NCBI GenBank assembly: GCA_016906335.1
Contig: JADEYG010000004.1
Coordinates: 372,001 to 436,000 of the forward strand
DNA: 64,000 nt
Source: Novakomyces olei
Lineage: Eukaryota
Direction of reading: 5' to 3'
In this document: in pieces, positions 25,746 to 37,543 of the stretch
Numbering within the stretch: the stretch's first letter is position 1
Layout: each line of letters opens with the position of its first letter
Position numbers and translations under genes: made by a program
Notes under the pieces: generated by a model
Told to the model about the DNA's origin: nothing
Database searches by the model: none
Seen by the model: the letters and a program-made list of their open reading frames with translations, nothing else

Positions 25746-26543
25746 AATCTCTCCTTTTATTCAAGAAAACCTGTTTAAAAGAAAAAGGAAAAAATTAAAT
25801 CAAGCTCGGCCTGTTCTCTTCACGCCACCATTTAATCTGTCGTATGATCTCGAGAGCGTTCCCCTTGGGATCTTGGTAGTATTATCCTGCAATCAAACTA
25901 AATTTTATCATTTTTATTTTTTAATCCATGTTTTAGCGATATTTTCTAGTCACGTTGTCGCTTTGGTTTTTAACCTTCATATGTCTTTTTTAAAAACTCA
26001 GTTTCCATCCCATTATCTTTTCATGAGTAATCTTTTATATTTTATGGATATCGCGGCTGAATTAACCGTACGATCAAAGGGGCAGTAAAATTGGAATTTG
26101 GCTGTGTCCTTGAGTAATCTATGGGCAAAAAGGGAAAGAAAGGAAAAAGAACTTGCAAGGAAAAGAATGAATGAATAGCTTTTTCAGCTAGACACGATAA
26201 ATCAACTCATTTCTCTGATATAGAAGACCTATAGAATAGAGCATTAAAAGTATTTACTATAAAAGATGCAATCTTGTATAAAAGAGGCTTCAAGATTGCA
26301 CTGCACTGCTTGGAACAGATATCGTATCTTTATTATTGCTGTTGGAAGGACAAATGTTGCGTGTGCAGGCATACCCGTTTGCATCATTTATTTATTCAAT
26401 TTAATTTAATTATTTCAATTGTTTACATATTTAATTATTCTTTTTATTTTGTATGTATTTAATTAATTTGTATGTCACACACTATACATACAAACACTGA
26501 ACTAGTGCAAACTCCGCAATTTTGAATCTCAAACTCAATCAAT

Positions 26544-27989
26544 CTATATATCGGTGGGCGACTTTTCCCGCACAGTAGTGACAAGCGCCGGGACTTGATG
26601 AGCACTATTCTTATCCTTTGCCGCAATAGCTGTAGCAGCTGCGCTAGCACCTTCGGAACCACCACTGCCGACGCTGTTGTGTCTACCCCGGATTTTCCCG
26701 AAAATATTACGTAATCTCAACGCGTTACGCGTGCCCACAATGGCACGTGAAAATCGGGTATTTTCGTGATCCTCCACGTATCGCATAGTGACAAAAGTGG
26801 CAGCAACAGCCCACCAGTAGAGAATGTAAGAGATAACGGTGGCATAGTAGCCCGTGTTGCTCCATCCCAGAATGGCGTTAAACACGCCCCATCCGGAATT
26901 GTTGTTCAGCTCTGGATTGCCATAGTTTACGTGCCAAATGGCTTTACGGAAATCATAAGTGCCAAAGCCGGAGCCGAGTTCGGCCACGTCTCCGCCCACG
27001 AGTTTATTCCACTTGTACTGCTCAAAATACCCGCAAGCCTTGGAGAAAAGACCCGCTGAAACGAGGTACAGGATACACGTTGAGGCGATAAGGAACCATT
27101 GCAGGCGCATTACGTCACCGCCCTTGTAGATAAAGTATCCGATAAGGCAGCCCACGATTAATCCCACCACGACAGCGAGCGGGAAACTGCGGGCCGGTTG
27201 GGATAGGCCCACACCGCCAACAAACACAATTGCTTCCAGGCCCTCACGCAAAACAGTGACAAAAGGCAGCAGGAACATTGCGTATTTTTGTGACATGTGG
27301 GCAATATAGCCTGTGCTGCGTTTCTTCTCCTCCATGACGCGCTTTAGTTTTGATGTCCATTTGCCCTTTAGTTTAGAGACGCGTAGCATTGCCACACCCA
27401 TAAGAGTAATCAAGATTGTGGCAATCAGGGAGAAGACGCCCTCCCATATTTCCTCACTCTTGGACCAAATATCGTTACGCAACCCGTAAAAGGTACCGAT
27501 AAAGGCTCCACCAAGAATAAGACACACGAGCAGGCCTAAACCGGCGCCCCACCAGACTTGACGAACTAGGCGTTTATGCAAAGCAAAGTCTGTAAGCGAA
27601 GGCGACGCAGGCGGAACAGTAGCTTCCGCTTCGGCGGCGTAGCTTCCAGGCGCGTTTGATTCTGGACCCGAGTTACCGGTCGCATTAGGAGTCTCGGGTT
27701 CGATTCCCGATGCTTTCTCATTTCCTGACTCTGACGCCACAGGAGCAGGCTGAGATTTGGCGGCGAATACATTGCCCGTCTCGCTAGTGCCGCCGAGGTT
27801 TCCCGGATTACCGCCGCCGCCGCCAACGCCTTTCTCCGAGACTTCAGTATTGCCAAACGAGTCCGAGTCGCTGTTTACTTGCAGCAATGATTGCTTTAAA
27901 AACGCCAAAAGAACAGAGACAATAATAGAAGCTTCCAGCGTCTCACGAAGAACGATGAAAAACACAGGCACGGAAAACACGTCCGGCAT
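26544..27989 (-). CDS. FTR1: High-affinity iron permease
   Basis: Two RExxE motifs (FFIVLRETLEA, VTVLREGLEA), multiple TM segments; divergent from the ferroxidase gene. Confidence 0.97.
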   Translation of the reverse strand: MPDVFSVPVFFIVLRETLEASIIVSVLLAFLKQSLLQVNSDSDSFGNTEVSEKGVGGGGGNPGNLGGTSETGNVFAAKSQPAPVASESGNEKASGIEPETPNATGNSGPESNAPGSYAAEAEATVPPASPSLTDFALHKRLVRQVWWGAGLGLLVCLILGGAFIGTFYGLRNDIWSKSEEIWEGVFSLIATILITLMGVAMLRVSKLKGKWTSKLKRVMEEKKRSTGYIAHMSQKYAMFLLPFVTVLREGLEAIVFVGGVGLSQPARSFPLAVVVGLIVGCLIGYFIYKGGDVMRLQWFLIASTCILYLVSAGLFSKACGYFEQYKWNKLVGGDVAELGSGFGTYDFRKAIWHVNYGNPELNNNSGWGVFNAILGWSNTGYYATVISYILYWWAVAATFVTMRYVEDHENTRFSRAIVGTRNALRLRNIFGKIRGRHNSVGSGGSEGASAAATAIAAKDKNSAHQVPALVTTVREKSPTDI

Positions 27990-28658
27990 TGTGTTTTTGC
28001 AGTAATTATTATTCTTCTCGTCCTCTTGTCACCTCGTTACCTTGCAATCAGATACAGGAATTAAAGCCAGTGGCGGCAATTGAAATGCTGAATATTCGCT
28101 TCAATGCTTTCCACAACGAGTGCCGCTTTTAATGTTCCGTGGAAACTTCAATTGGCCTCAATAGTCCTCGCTTTGGTACACTTGATGGCCAAAAGAGTGT
28201 CGCCTCCGTGTCGCTCTATATATATTTTTTCTCGTGCATTTTATTGTCTTTCCACCATTCCCAATTAGGCAAGAGTTGTTGTGCGATACAATTCGCTGGC
28301 TAAATTAGCCTTTTTCACGATTCTGGAGTTTTTTTCAGAATACACGTTATACTTGAAAGGTTAACAGGTTGCCGGGCGAGCAAAAGTGGCAACTAGACCA
28401 GTGTCGTGGAAAAGGTAGAAATAGATTTTGGACCGCAATTGGAGGAACTTTATGGTACTTCTATCTCTATCCCGGCTCACTCACTCTCTACTATATTTTA
28501 CAGGCAAGCTTTAGTGTAGTCAGTACCAGCTTCGAGGCCCGTCGTCTGCCATTTGCAAACGGAGCTGTGTGCGTGGAGCAATGGATGTGCGTAGCGGATC
28601 AGATACCGACGTCGCCGCTTATTGGTACCTTTACTGGATATGGGAAAGGGTCTCGCCA

Positions 28659-28760
28659 TTATCTGATTTGATTATCAGATGTCGAACTTGGCCAATCACA
28701 GCAGCTCCTCGGTCTTATCTGATGGGTGGATGCTTTAATGGGCCCACTTTCTCCCCCAAT
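28659..28760. promoter_or_regulatory. Iron-repressor GATA sites (ATCWGATAA x3) plus two CCAATCA boxes in the FTR1/FET3 bidirectional promoter
   Basis: TTATCTGAT 28659-28667, TTATCAGAT 28672-28680, TTATCTGAT 28715-28723; CCAAT at 28692 and 28756. Confidence 0.8.
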
Positions 28761-29313
28761 CACGTACGTCCGTGCACTATAAAAATTAGTCTACCGTGAA
28801 AAATTCGTTAAAACAGACTCGTCATATATACAGGAGAGCATAGTCGATAAGTTACTTTTAGATCTTGATAAAATAGTGCTTTTCGCACACCTGCCTGTGT
28901 GCTTTCTCTTTATTTTATTTTTTTCCTTCTCGGTACGTCCCTTCCCCTTCTGGACCAAAAGGCAATGGGTATATATGTCGGACTAGCGAGCGAGGAATAG
29001 TTTGATATTAATAGACGAGAAATCTGGGCTCTGACTGACTTTCAAACTCATTTTTATTTTCCGTTGCACTTAATCGTTCCCAGTTGATTTTGGCTGTGCG
29101 ATTGTTTTGGCTTTCAGCAGTCTGCCGTTGCTTTCATACCCAATTCCAATCTTGTTGAGACAGCAACAGAATTGAAATGAGGCATTGAGTTTACAAAAGT
29201 CTACGGTTGGCATTGAAAATAAAGGAAAAGGAGAAAGAAGGATCTGACGATCCGGTTCCACAGTCACGAAATTTTGTTTTATTCAAAATAAATAAATAAT
29301 CAAATAAAAAATA

Positions 29314-31412
29314 ATGCTCCAGATTTTATCACTGATAGCGTTACTCGCAGCGCATGCGCTTGCAGCTACTCGTGAATACCATTGGAATATCACAAATGTA
29401 CCAAACATTGATCCATTGGGTCAAGGCCGGCCACGTACGGCAATGGGCGTCAATGGCCGGTGGCCGCCTCCTCCAATTGATGATCTCGTTTACGGCGATC
29501 GTGTAATTATCTATATGAACAACCATCTGGACGACGGTCGACCCACAACCTTACACGCTCACGGTATCTTCCAAAACGGAACCAATTGGGCTGATGGACC
29601 CTCTATGGTCACACAATGGTACGTCTTCAGCTTGAAATAAAACGAGACAGACTCGGAAAGGAGAACATAATTAAGCGCTCAAACCGGGGAATGAAATGTT
29701 TTGTTTTTGTTCGCTACTTTTCGTCCTTATTTTTTTTTTTCTGTTTTTTTGGCTCTAATTTTTATTTTTTTGATTTTTATTTTACAATTTCAACCCCAAT
29801 TTGTCTTGCTTCTTTTTGCTTAATATCCGCTCTACACGATTTACTAATATACAGCGGTGTCCCTGTCGGTGAACAGTTTGTGTACAACTTCACGGTTAAT
29901 CAGAACGGCACTTACTGGATCCACAGCCATGTAATGGGCCAGTACCCCGAAGGCTTAAGGTCCCCCTTCATTATCCACGCGACGGAAGAGCCCTTCGAGT
30001 ACGATGAGGAGTACACGATTTCCCTGTCTGACTGGTACAATGACAATATCGACATGCTTACGACGCAAGTATTTCAAAACATAAGAAATCCCACTGGAGC
30101 GGAACCCGTCCCGGATGGAGCGTTGATGAGCGATACACAAAACGCTACTTTTGCCTTCACTCCTGGCCGAACTTACCGTCTGCGTTTTGTTAATATGGCC
30201 GCTTTTGCTGCCTTTCACGTATGGATTGAGGATCATGAAATGACGATTATCGAGGTGGACGGAGAGTATACGAACCCGCACCGTGTAAGCGACGGTTTCA
30301 GTATAACAGCGGCCCAACGCGTAAGCGTCCTGGTAACGGCTAAAGATCGACCCGATCGTAATTACGCGATCGTAGGGTCAATGGACACGGACATGTTTGA
30401 CACGGTTCCGGAGGGCCTTAACCCTAATGTCACGAGTTGGCTTGTTTACAATTCCTCCTGGCCAAGAGAGCCGGCCGCCCCGTTGGACGAGTTGCCAGTT
30501 ATTGACGAAATGGCTCTTTCCGCACTTTACCCAATGGGGCCGATTGTTCCAGACTACACTTTCAACATGGACGTGCTGTTTGATTTGCTCGGAGACGGTC
30601 AAAATCACGGTATGTTTAACAATATCGCCTACCGTGCGCCCAAAGTGCCCACGTTTGTCACCATGAGAAGTGCTGGTGCGCTGGCAAGTAACCCTACGGT
30701 ATACGGAGCGCCCACTCAAGCCAGGATCCTTCCCCATATGGGCCATATCGAAATGGTTATTAATAATTTCGATCCGGGCAAGCACCCTTTCCACGTGCAC
30801 GGCCATACGTTTCAGATTGTGGCAAAATCGGAAGAAGACAGTGGGCCCTATAACGGGTCCGATGTATTCATGGGGCCTGTGAATCCAGTCCGGCGGGATA
30901 CGGTACAAGTACCGCCGAATGGTTATGTCATCGTAAGGTGGGTGGCGGACAATCCGGGAATCTGGTTCTTCCACTGTCACATTGAGTGGCATATTGTATC
31001 GGGTCTTATCTCCACTTTTGTTGAGGCACCAGAACTCGCTTCCCAGCAGCATGTGCCTGATTACGTGTACGAACAATGCGCTGCTCAGGGGATTGCTACA
31101 TCGGGAAACGCCGCTGGTAATAATGTAGACTATCTCGATCTCTCGGGTGCAACTGAGGAAATTCCGCCAATGGTTCATGGCTGGACACCCAAGGCCAAGG
31201 GCGTTCTTGCCCTCTGCGTTATTTCTGCACTGGTTGGGATGGCAAGCATTACGTGGTACGGAATGAGCGATCTCAGAGAGCCTGTTGTCAAACGTAGTGT
31301 TGTCACTCACGTTGAGGAGCTAGAGGATAGGCTATTGCATGATCAGAGCAATCTAAGGCACCGGACTGTCGAGTCTAGACTGCAGGATGAGGACACGATA
31401 CGCCTGTCCTGA
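29314..31412 (+). CDS. FET3: Multicopper ferroxidase (2 exons)
   Basis: Signal peptide, TTLHAHG, YWIHSH, NPTGAEPVP, HPFHVHGH, WFFHCHIEWHIVSGL, C-terminal TM helix. Confidence 0.97.
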
Positions 31413-32145
31413 CGTGAGCAGTCGGAGTCAGTTTGTGCATTCAATTGATGCCTTTTCGATTTAAATCTTCATTCGTATATTTAGTCTTTTTGTAATCTTT
31501 ATTCTTTTTATATTTATTTTTATTTTTATCTGTATTCTTATTTTTTTATTTGTATTTTTTTATTTATATTCTTCAAATCATAATTATTCTTCAATCTGTT
31601 TTATTCCTCGAACAGCCCTTTTCTTTTGTGTGAATACAATAATAGCCTTAATTATTAAAATAAAACAATAAAAAAAGGTAAAGAAAAAATAATGATTTAT
31701 ATTGTCTGATAGAGAATACAAATATGGAACCCAGAACTGCATTCTTAACACTTTAATCATATTATAAACATTTGTGGTGAGTAAATATTGTCCTTTATCC
31801 CCACCGTTATTCAGGCACGTTTAAAAATAAATGGCGTTAGTGCCTATTATTTGTGTGTGTGTTGATCAATGGCAATTGTTCATTTATTGGTTTATACGTT
31901 GCACGGGGATGAAAACTTCGTTTGTGATAGAACTGTGTCCTGAAAACCCCGACCGATATACCGACTAATACCCCTGACTCTGGACTTTATTATAGACAAG
32001 TATCGATTGATTATTAATGCTGCTTTGCGTAAAACGCGTAATAGTATTCCCCTAAATAGTCCGTACAATTCTCCTCTTCGGCATTTCCTTTGAAACTGCT
32101 GAATAATACCTTTCCAATTGTGAAAGCCTTCTATCGCTGAGCCCA

Positions 32146-33074
32146 CTATCGCAGGTACATGTAGCCTATCCCACCAATAGCCGTCATAACAACACCCGTC
32201 CACCAAACGTGATCAGGGTCGACTTTTCCGAGAGCAACTCCCAGGGCCGTACTCAACGAATTATCGATGCCAAGACTGCGTTTACGGTGCTGAGTACCAC
32301 TTGACGCAGCTGCCGCTGCTGTTGGATTGAGAGTAATAGTAGGAAGCATTTGTGGTGGTCTGTATGCAAGGTACAGAGGCTGCAATGGCGACCCATCAAA
32401 CTCGTACAGTTGCAGTGCGTACTCTGACCTGTACCGGTCCACGTAAATTTCATAGCTCCTCATAAGCACAAACGTGCTCCAGCGCGTATACTGGCCATAA
32501 TCGTATGTGCATGGTTCGCTCAGTAATTGTCTACCATCAACTTCGATGGGGAAAAGGCACAGTGAGCCATTGTCTGGGGCAGAGTACGTTCCATGCTGCC
32601 ACTGCATTACTCCAGAAGGGCACGAAGGGTCTCGAGCTAGACAGTTGGTACGTTTAAAAAACAAAAATCAATAGAGACTGTTAAATGACCAATAAGGAGC
32701 AAGTGAGAAAGAAAAGCCAGATAGATATGTGAAAGCATTTTGGCAGTATAAAGCCACATAGGGTGTAATTACGATTTGACAATAATCTGTAATAAGCCAT
32801 TTCAAAATGGCCATCGTCTGTGAAGCTGAATGAGATTCCCGCCAAATCAGGCTCGAGAAGTGTCTCGTTCACCGGGTTGTAAAAGCCCTGTCACAATCAA
32901 TGGTTAGAATGGATCCAACAAGGCAATTGTCAGGGGAAGGCGGCCACGAAAACAACATACCGGTCCCGTAAAGACGCGCTTTGATTTGCTCGTCCATGTT
33001 CCTGTAAGGCTAGTAGCTTGGCCTAAGGCTCTGGCCGCCATCAGGGCACTCGCCAGTACTAAAACTTTCCACAT
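32146..33074 (-). CDS. ROT1: ER membrane chaperone Rot1 (3 exons)
   Basis: Signal peptide, LTGTWTSKSKRVFTGP|GFYNP..EPDLAGISFSFTDDGHFE..MQWQHGTY..DGRQLLSEPC..LYLAYRPPQMLPT, C-terminal TM. Confidence 0.95.
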
Positions 33075-33862
33075 TTTCGCGTTGGTCGAAGCCACCCGGT
33101 TGTGGGTATACGAATATTTTAGTAGAGTATAAAACTACAGGTGTCTATCTGTCTGTGTTTATTATATGTAACTTGTGCTACATAATGGAATACATTTCTT
33201 GTCCTACAAACTTATATGCAGTTCAAATAAAAGGTACAAAAAATACGGACATGATTACACACATTATTTGTGATGTATAATATTTGCACTACCTTTGAAC
33301 CGATATCATTTACCTTGGCATTTTCAGTGTCTCTTGTGCTGTTTTTGTCTCGCAGAGTGCGTAGTTGTAGGCCGCTGGCGGCGTTATATGTAAGTCTGCG
33401 TAAACGTTGAGATCGCTCAACATTGTTGATTGTGTTGTGTATAAATGTATATACCAAATCGATATTCTGCCGTACTGCCGCAGTTTTTGTGTTCGCATTG
33501 TAACGTTGTTTTTCCGATCCACAGTTACAGCTTTAGAAAATTTATCACTGAAATGACAGAAAGGTCATGTTTTTGGTTGGCCATTAAACTGCCCAAGTAC
33601 ATATGGGTTGCTGCATCATTTTCTCGGTCGAAGGTATAGAAATTTATTGAACAGAGCAATTGATGTCGGAATTTTGTGTTTGCCTACACCCCCGGATTTC
33701 TGATCTATGGTCCATCAATAAATATTCAGCAAAGCTCTGAACAGCAAAGCTGTAGAATATATTGACAAAAACGAAAAAAAACACACATATAATATTTCTT
33801 TTGGAATAGAGTAGTAATCTATTTCATTGCAAAAATGAAAACAAAAAAGAATCCAAATAGAC

Positions 33863-33936
33863 TGCTCTCCGCCGGAATCGAACCGACGACCTCTTCATTA
33901 CTAGTGAAACGCTCTAATCCACTGAGCTAGGAGAGC
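33863..33936 (-). tRNA. tRNA-Thr(AGT)
   Basis: GCTCTCC/GGAGAGC acceptor stem, TAGCTCAGTGG A box, TTTCA-CT-AGT-AA-TGAAG anticodon arm, GGTTCGATTCC B box. Confidence 0.96.
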
Positions 33937-34047
33937 CTCGAACAGACCATGCTACTGGAGGGACTGACATTAAGGGAACTTTGAGGTATATTATGTACAA
34001 TACTGATAATTTCGTTACATCTATTTGCCATTTTTTTATTATTGCTG

Positions 34048-37000
34048 ATGGATGCAAAGGCGGTGCAGGGCACGAATGACGCCTCAATTGTATCAAAGCG
34101 GTCAGCTGAAAAAGCAGGATACCTCCCTGACGAAGGTCTTTTGCGCCACTTTGTGCGTAAGCCGCAACGGCGGGCCGCCCTAATAAATCGCGGCTACTAT
34201 GTCCGCACTCAGGCAATTGACCAAAGTGTACGGACAGCCTTAAGCCAAGGGTCACGCGCTGTGATAAATCTTGGATGCGGCTTTGATCCGCTGCCATTTC
34301 GGCATTTACGTACAGAAAATATTAAAAGCGATGACAATAAATTTGTCAATCACATTGAAGCAGTCTTTGTAGATGTTGACTTCCCCGAGCTCATTGCACG
34401 TAAAGAGGCAATTGTAGACCAAAATTTGCAAAATGGAAATGCTGCCACTAATCGTTACTTTACAGTGGGATGTGACCTTGCCGACCTCGCAAGCTTGCAT
34501 GAAAAGCTGGCTTCGATCGTCGACCTGAACTTGTGCCGTCCAGTGTTTGTGATGGAGGTTTCCTTAACATACGTGCCGGCAAAAGCAGCGTCACAGCTTA
34601 TTGAGTGGATGTCACAGTTTGAAGGAGCTACTTGTATTGTCTTGGAGCAGTATTTACCATTTGGTGAGGAACATCCTTTTGCTCAAACAATGCTTCAGCA
34701 TTTTGATCGGCTTCGATCGCCTCTTCAGTCTCTTAAACGATTCCCGTCTTTGCAAGCTCAATGCGCTCGCTTTGACGCAAAGAAATGGCCACAAGTTGAT
34801 GCTGAAAGTCTGCATGCACGGTGGAACAAACTGCCTGCTGCCGAACGACGGAGGGTTCAAGCCCTTGAAGCCTTTGATGAATGGGAAGAGTTTTTTTTGT
34901 TTTTGCAGCACTATTTCGTCCTAGTAGCTCATGCTACCAGTGGGCAGCGTACAAATGAGGAGTTGAAAAAATCTGAAATTGACAACCAAGACCAAAAGTC
35001 TAAATCATTACAAATTGATGACAATAAGAATTGCAATTCACACACAGACACTATCATTCAATCTTTTGATTTCTGCCTTTTCCCCCTGAGTCCTGTCAAG
35101 CATGGAGCAGCTTCTTGTCTTGGGGACAGTGATTCATATCCTATTTTCTTACATGGCGGAGTAGCAATAAAGGGCAGAAGCGACAGATCCGAGCTTCTTT
35201 ACGGGGAACAGGCACAAGACGAAAAAGAAACAGATATCGATAAAAAATATTTAAATTCTCTGGCAGCAGCCCCAATTAGCGCTCGCCAGAATCATGTTTG
35301 TGTGCAAAACAAATACGCTGGTTCACTACTTATCTGCGGTGGCCGGGCGTCTCCGACGGCGTTGCCCAGCGACGCCTGGATGCTGGACTCCGCATTGGTA
35401 TGGCAGCGCGTGGGGAACATTGAACGGTTCCGTCATTCTGCTGTTGCCACGGCAACCGGGTTCTTGGTGTATGGTGGAATGACAGCCAACGGAACAGTTT
35501 TGGATTCCTGGTTGCTTGTAGAAAAGTCACAAGTCAAAACTTTACCTTTTGTCTTTTCGTCATTGTCAAGGGTTAGAAACGGCCCACGGCTCTTTGGTGC
35601 TTGTATGACTGTTGATGAAGATACAAAAAAATATTTTGAAAATGAGGATGTGTCGCAGGGTTACCTGTTTGGTGGCCTTGATGGTGATTTTAGTCCAAAT
35701 CGTTTTCTGTACAAGTGGAACCTTGTTCGTCCAGTCGGCCAGGACACTTTTTGCAACGACAGGTGCGAGCCAAACCAAGAACAAGGCAGTTTTCACGTCA
35801 GGATCAGCCTTGTTGCAGAACTGCCTTTGGACTTGTGCCGGTTTGGTGCTCAGTGCTTCCCTTGTGAGCAAGACAATACAGCATTGGTACTTGTGGGCGG
35901 TGTTGGTACAGTGGGTCCGGTATCATCTCAGGCTGCTGTCTTTGAGGTTTGCGAGAGACAAGAAGAAAAGAGTTTTAGTAACAACATAAGCGAAGACTCA
36001 ATTACTCGATGGTGTCGTGCTCAGACTTTCAATATAGACAACAAGCTTTTGCTTACGGGTCATCAACTAGTTTCACTGGGCAAAACTTTTGTTGTAATAG
36101 GTGGAGGAGCAGTTTGTTTTAGTTTTGGTTCGTATTGGAACAAACACGGGGCCAGTTTTGGGCTCAATGGGCAGAGTTTGATAAAGTATCAAGAAAAATT
36201 ACTGGCTCCAAAGCCAAATTTGCCTTTCATACAGAGCACAAGCCATTCAAAGTATAGTACTTTCTCGTCTATCAGCAAACCTGGACAGACTTGCTGTGCA
36301 CAGCCGAAACAATCGCCACCGCCTTTTCGTCTGCTCTTTACGAGTCTCGGTGGCGGAGAAGGAGAGCTTTTACAATTATTGGACAGAAAAGCACCAGCTG
36401 TCTTTACAGAGCAGCAAATCGGCTCCTGTTCTTCACTTTGGACTAGTGAATATTTACAGCAAAAAATTGGCGACCAGCGACAGGCCGTTATCCACAAATC
36501 TGATGCAAAGGACCTTAGTTTTGCCCACAAAAACTTTGAGTACAAGTCTATGGGCTTTGCACAGTTTATTAAGCAAGTCTTTGATCCAAGCAATAATGAA
36601 AGCCTTTACCTTCGGTCACTTTCGCAAGAGGCCCCTAATGGCCAACCCGCCGATTTCGCAAGAGATTATCCTGAAATTGCTGATGATTTCCGTCTCCCGA
36701 AGCCTTTGGATACTGTGTCGGAAAAGCTTTTCTCTACGCCATTAAGGATATCTTCTAAGGAGACATCGATCTGGCTTCATTATGATGTAAGTGATACTCT
36801 GCTATATCAAGGGATTTACGTATATGCTCCCGAAAGTTTTTATTTTGGTCAGTTTTCTTTATGTGTAATTTTGTCTTAACCTTTTGGTTTGATACTTTCC
36901 CCCCTTTTTTTGGTTAAAAGTTTTTCCTTGATCTTTTAAAAAACATTTTCTTAACCTATTCATAAACCTCCTCTCGAGTCCTCACTTTTATCTATATTCT

Positions 37001-37433
37001 AACTGTCTAGGTAATGGCCAACTTTCTCATACAAGTACGAGGACAAAAGCTGCTCTACTTGTTTTCGCCCGAGCAAGTATCAGCTCTCCAATTCAAACCG
37101 GGTTCTACTGTAAGCGAGATTCAAGCGGCAGATCTCAACCTCACTGTCCCCCACAATAAAGTCATTCTCAAACCTGGTGACATTGTATACATCCCTCCTC
37201 TTTATCCTCACGCAGCACAAGCTCTTGAGCCTAGTATTAGTATCAACGCGTTCTGGCGCGATCTCAGTCCAGCCTGCTATGATCAGGGACGCGATATATA
37301 CGGCAATAAGGATTTGAAAGGCTACGATCGAGCACGGGGTTATATTGCAAAGGCCAAGCAAGCGATCCAACATTTACCGAGCCAAGAAAGAGAATTCTAT
37401 CTTTGCCGGCTCGCGGACGAGCTGCTACTATAA
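34048..37433 (+). CDS. PPM2: tRNA wybutosine-synthesis methyltransferase (LCMT2/Tyw4) with Kelch repeats and C-terminal JmjC domain (2 exons)
   Basis: VQGTNDASIVSKRS, INRGYYVR, VINLGCGFDPLPF, FDEWEEF; Kelch GG repeats; WLHYD|VMAN..PPLYPHA JmjC; intron 36787-37010. Confidence 0.93.
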
Positions 37434-37474
37434 TCGACAGAGTTAGCAATGGCAGCAATATGAAATTCACCTGA

Positions 37475-37476
<2 letters not shown>

Positions 37477-37513
<37 letters not shown>
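37477..37513. repeat. (TA)n microsatellite
   Basis: Uninterrupted AT dinucleotide run. Confidence 0.95.
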
Positions 37514-37519
<6 letters not shown>

Positions 37520-37543
37520 TAAATATAAATTAAAAGCAATGAC

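Noticed and set aside
30378-31310. 310-aa antisense ORF over FET3
   Set aside because: Shadow ORF with no independent protein features
33100-33860. Possible C/D snoRNA between ROT1 and tRNA-Thr
   Set aside because: Only imperfect C boxes and no rRNA guide I could recognise
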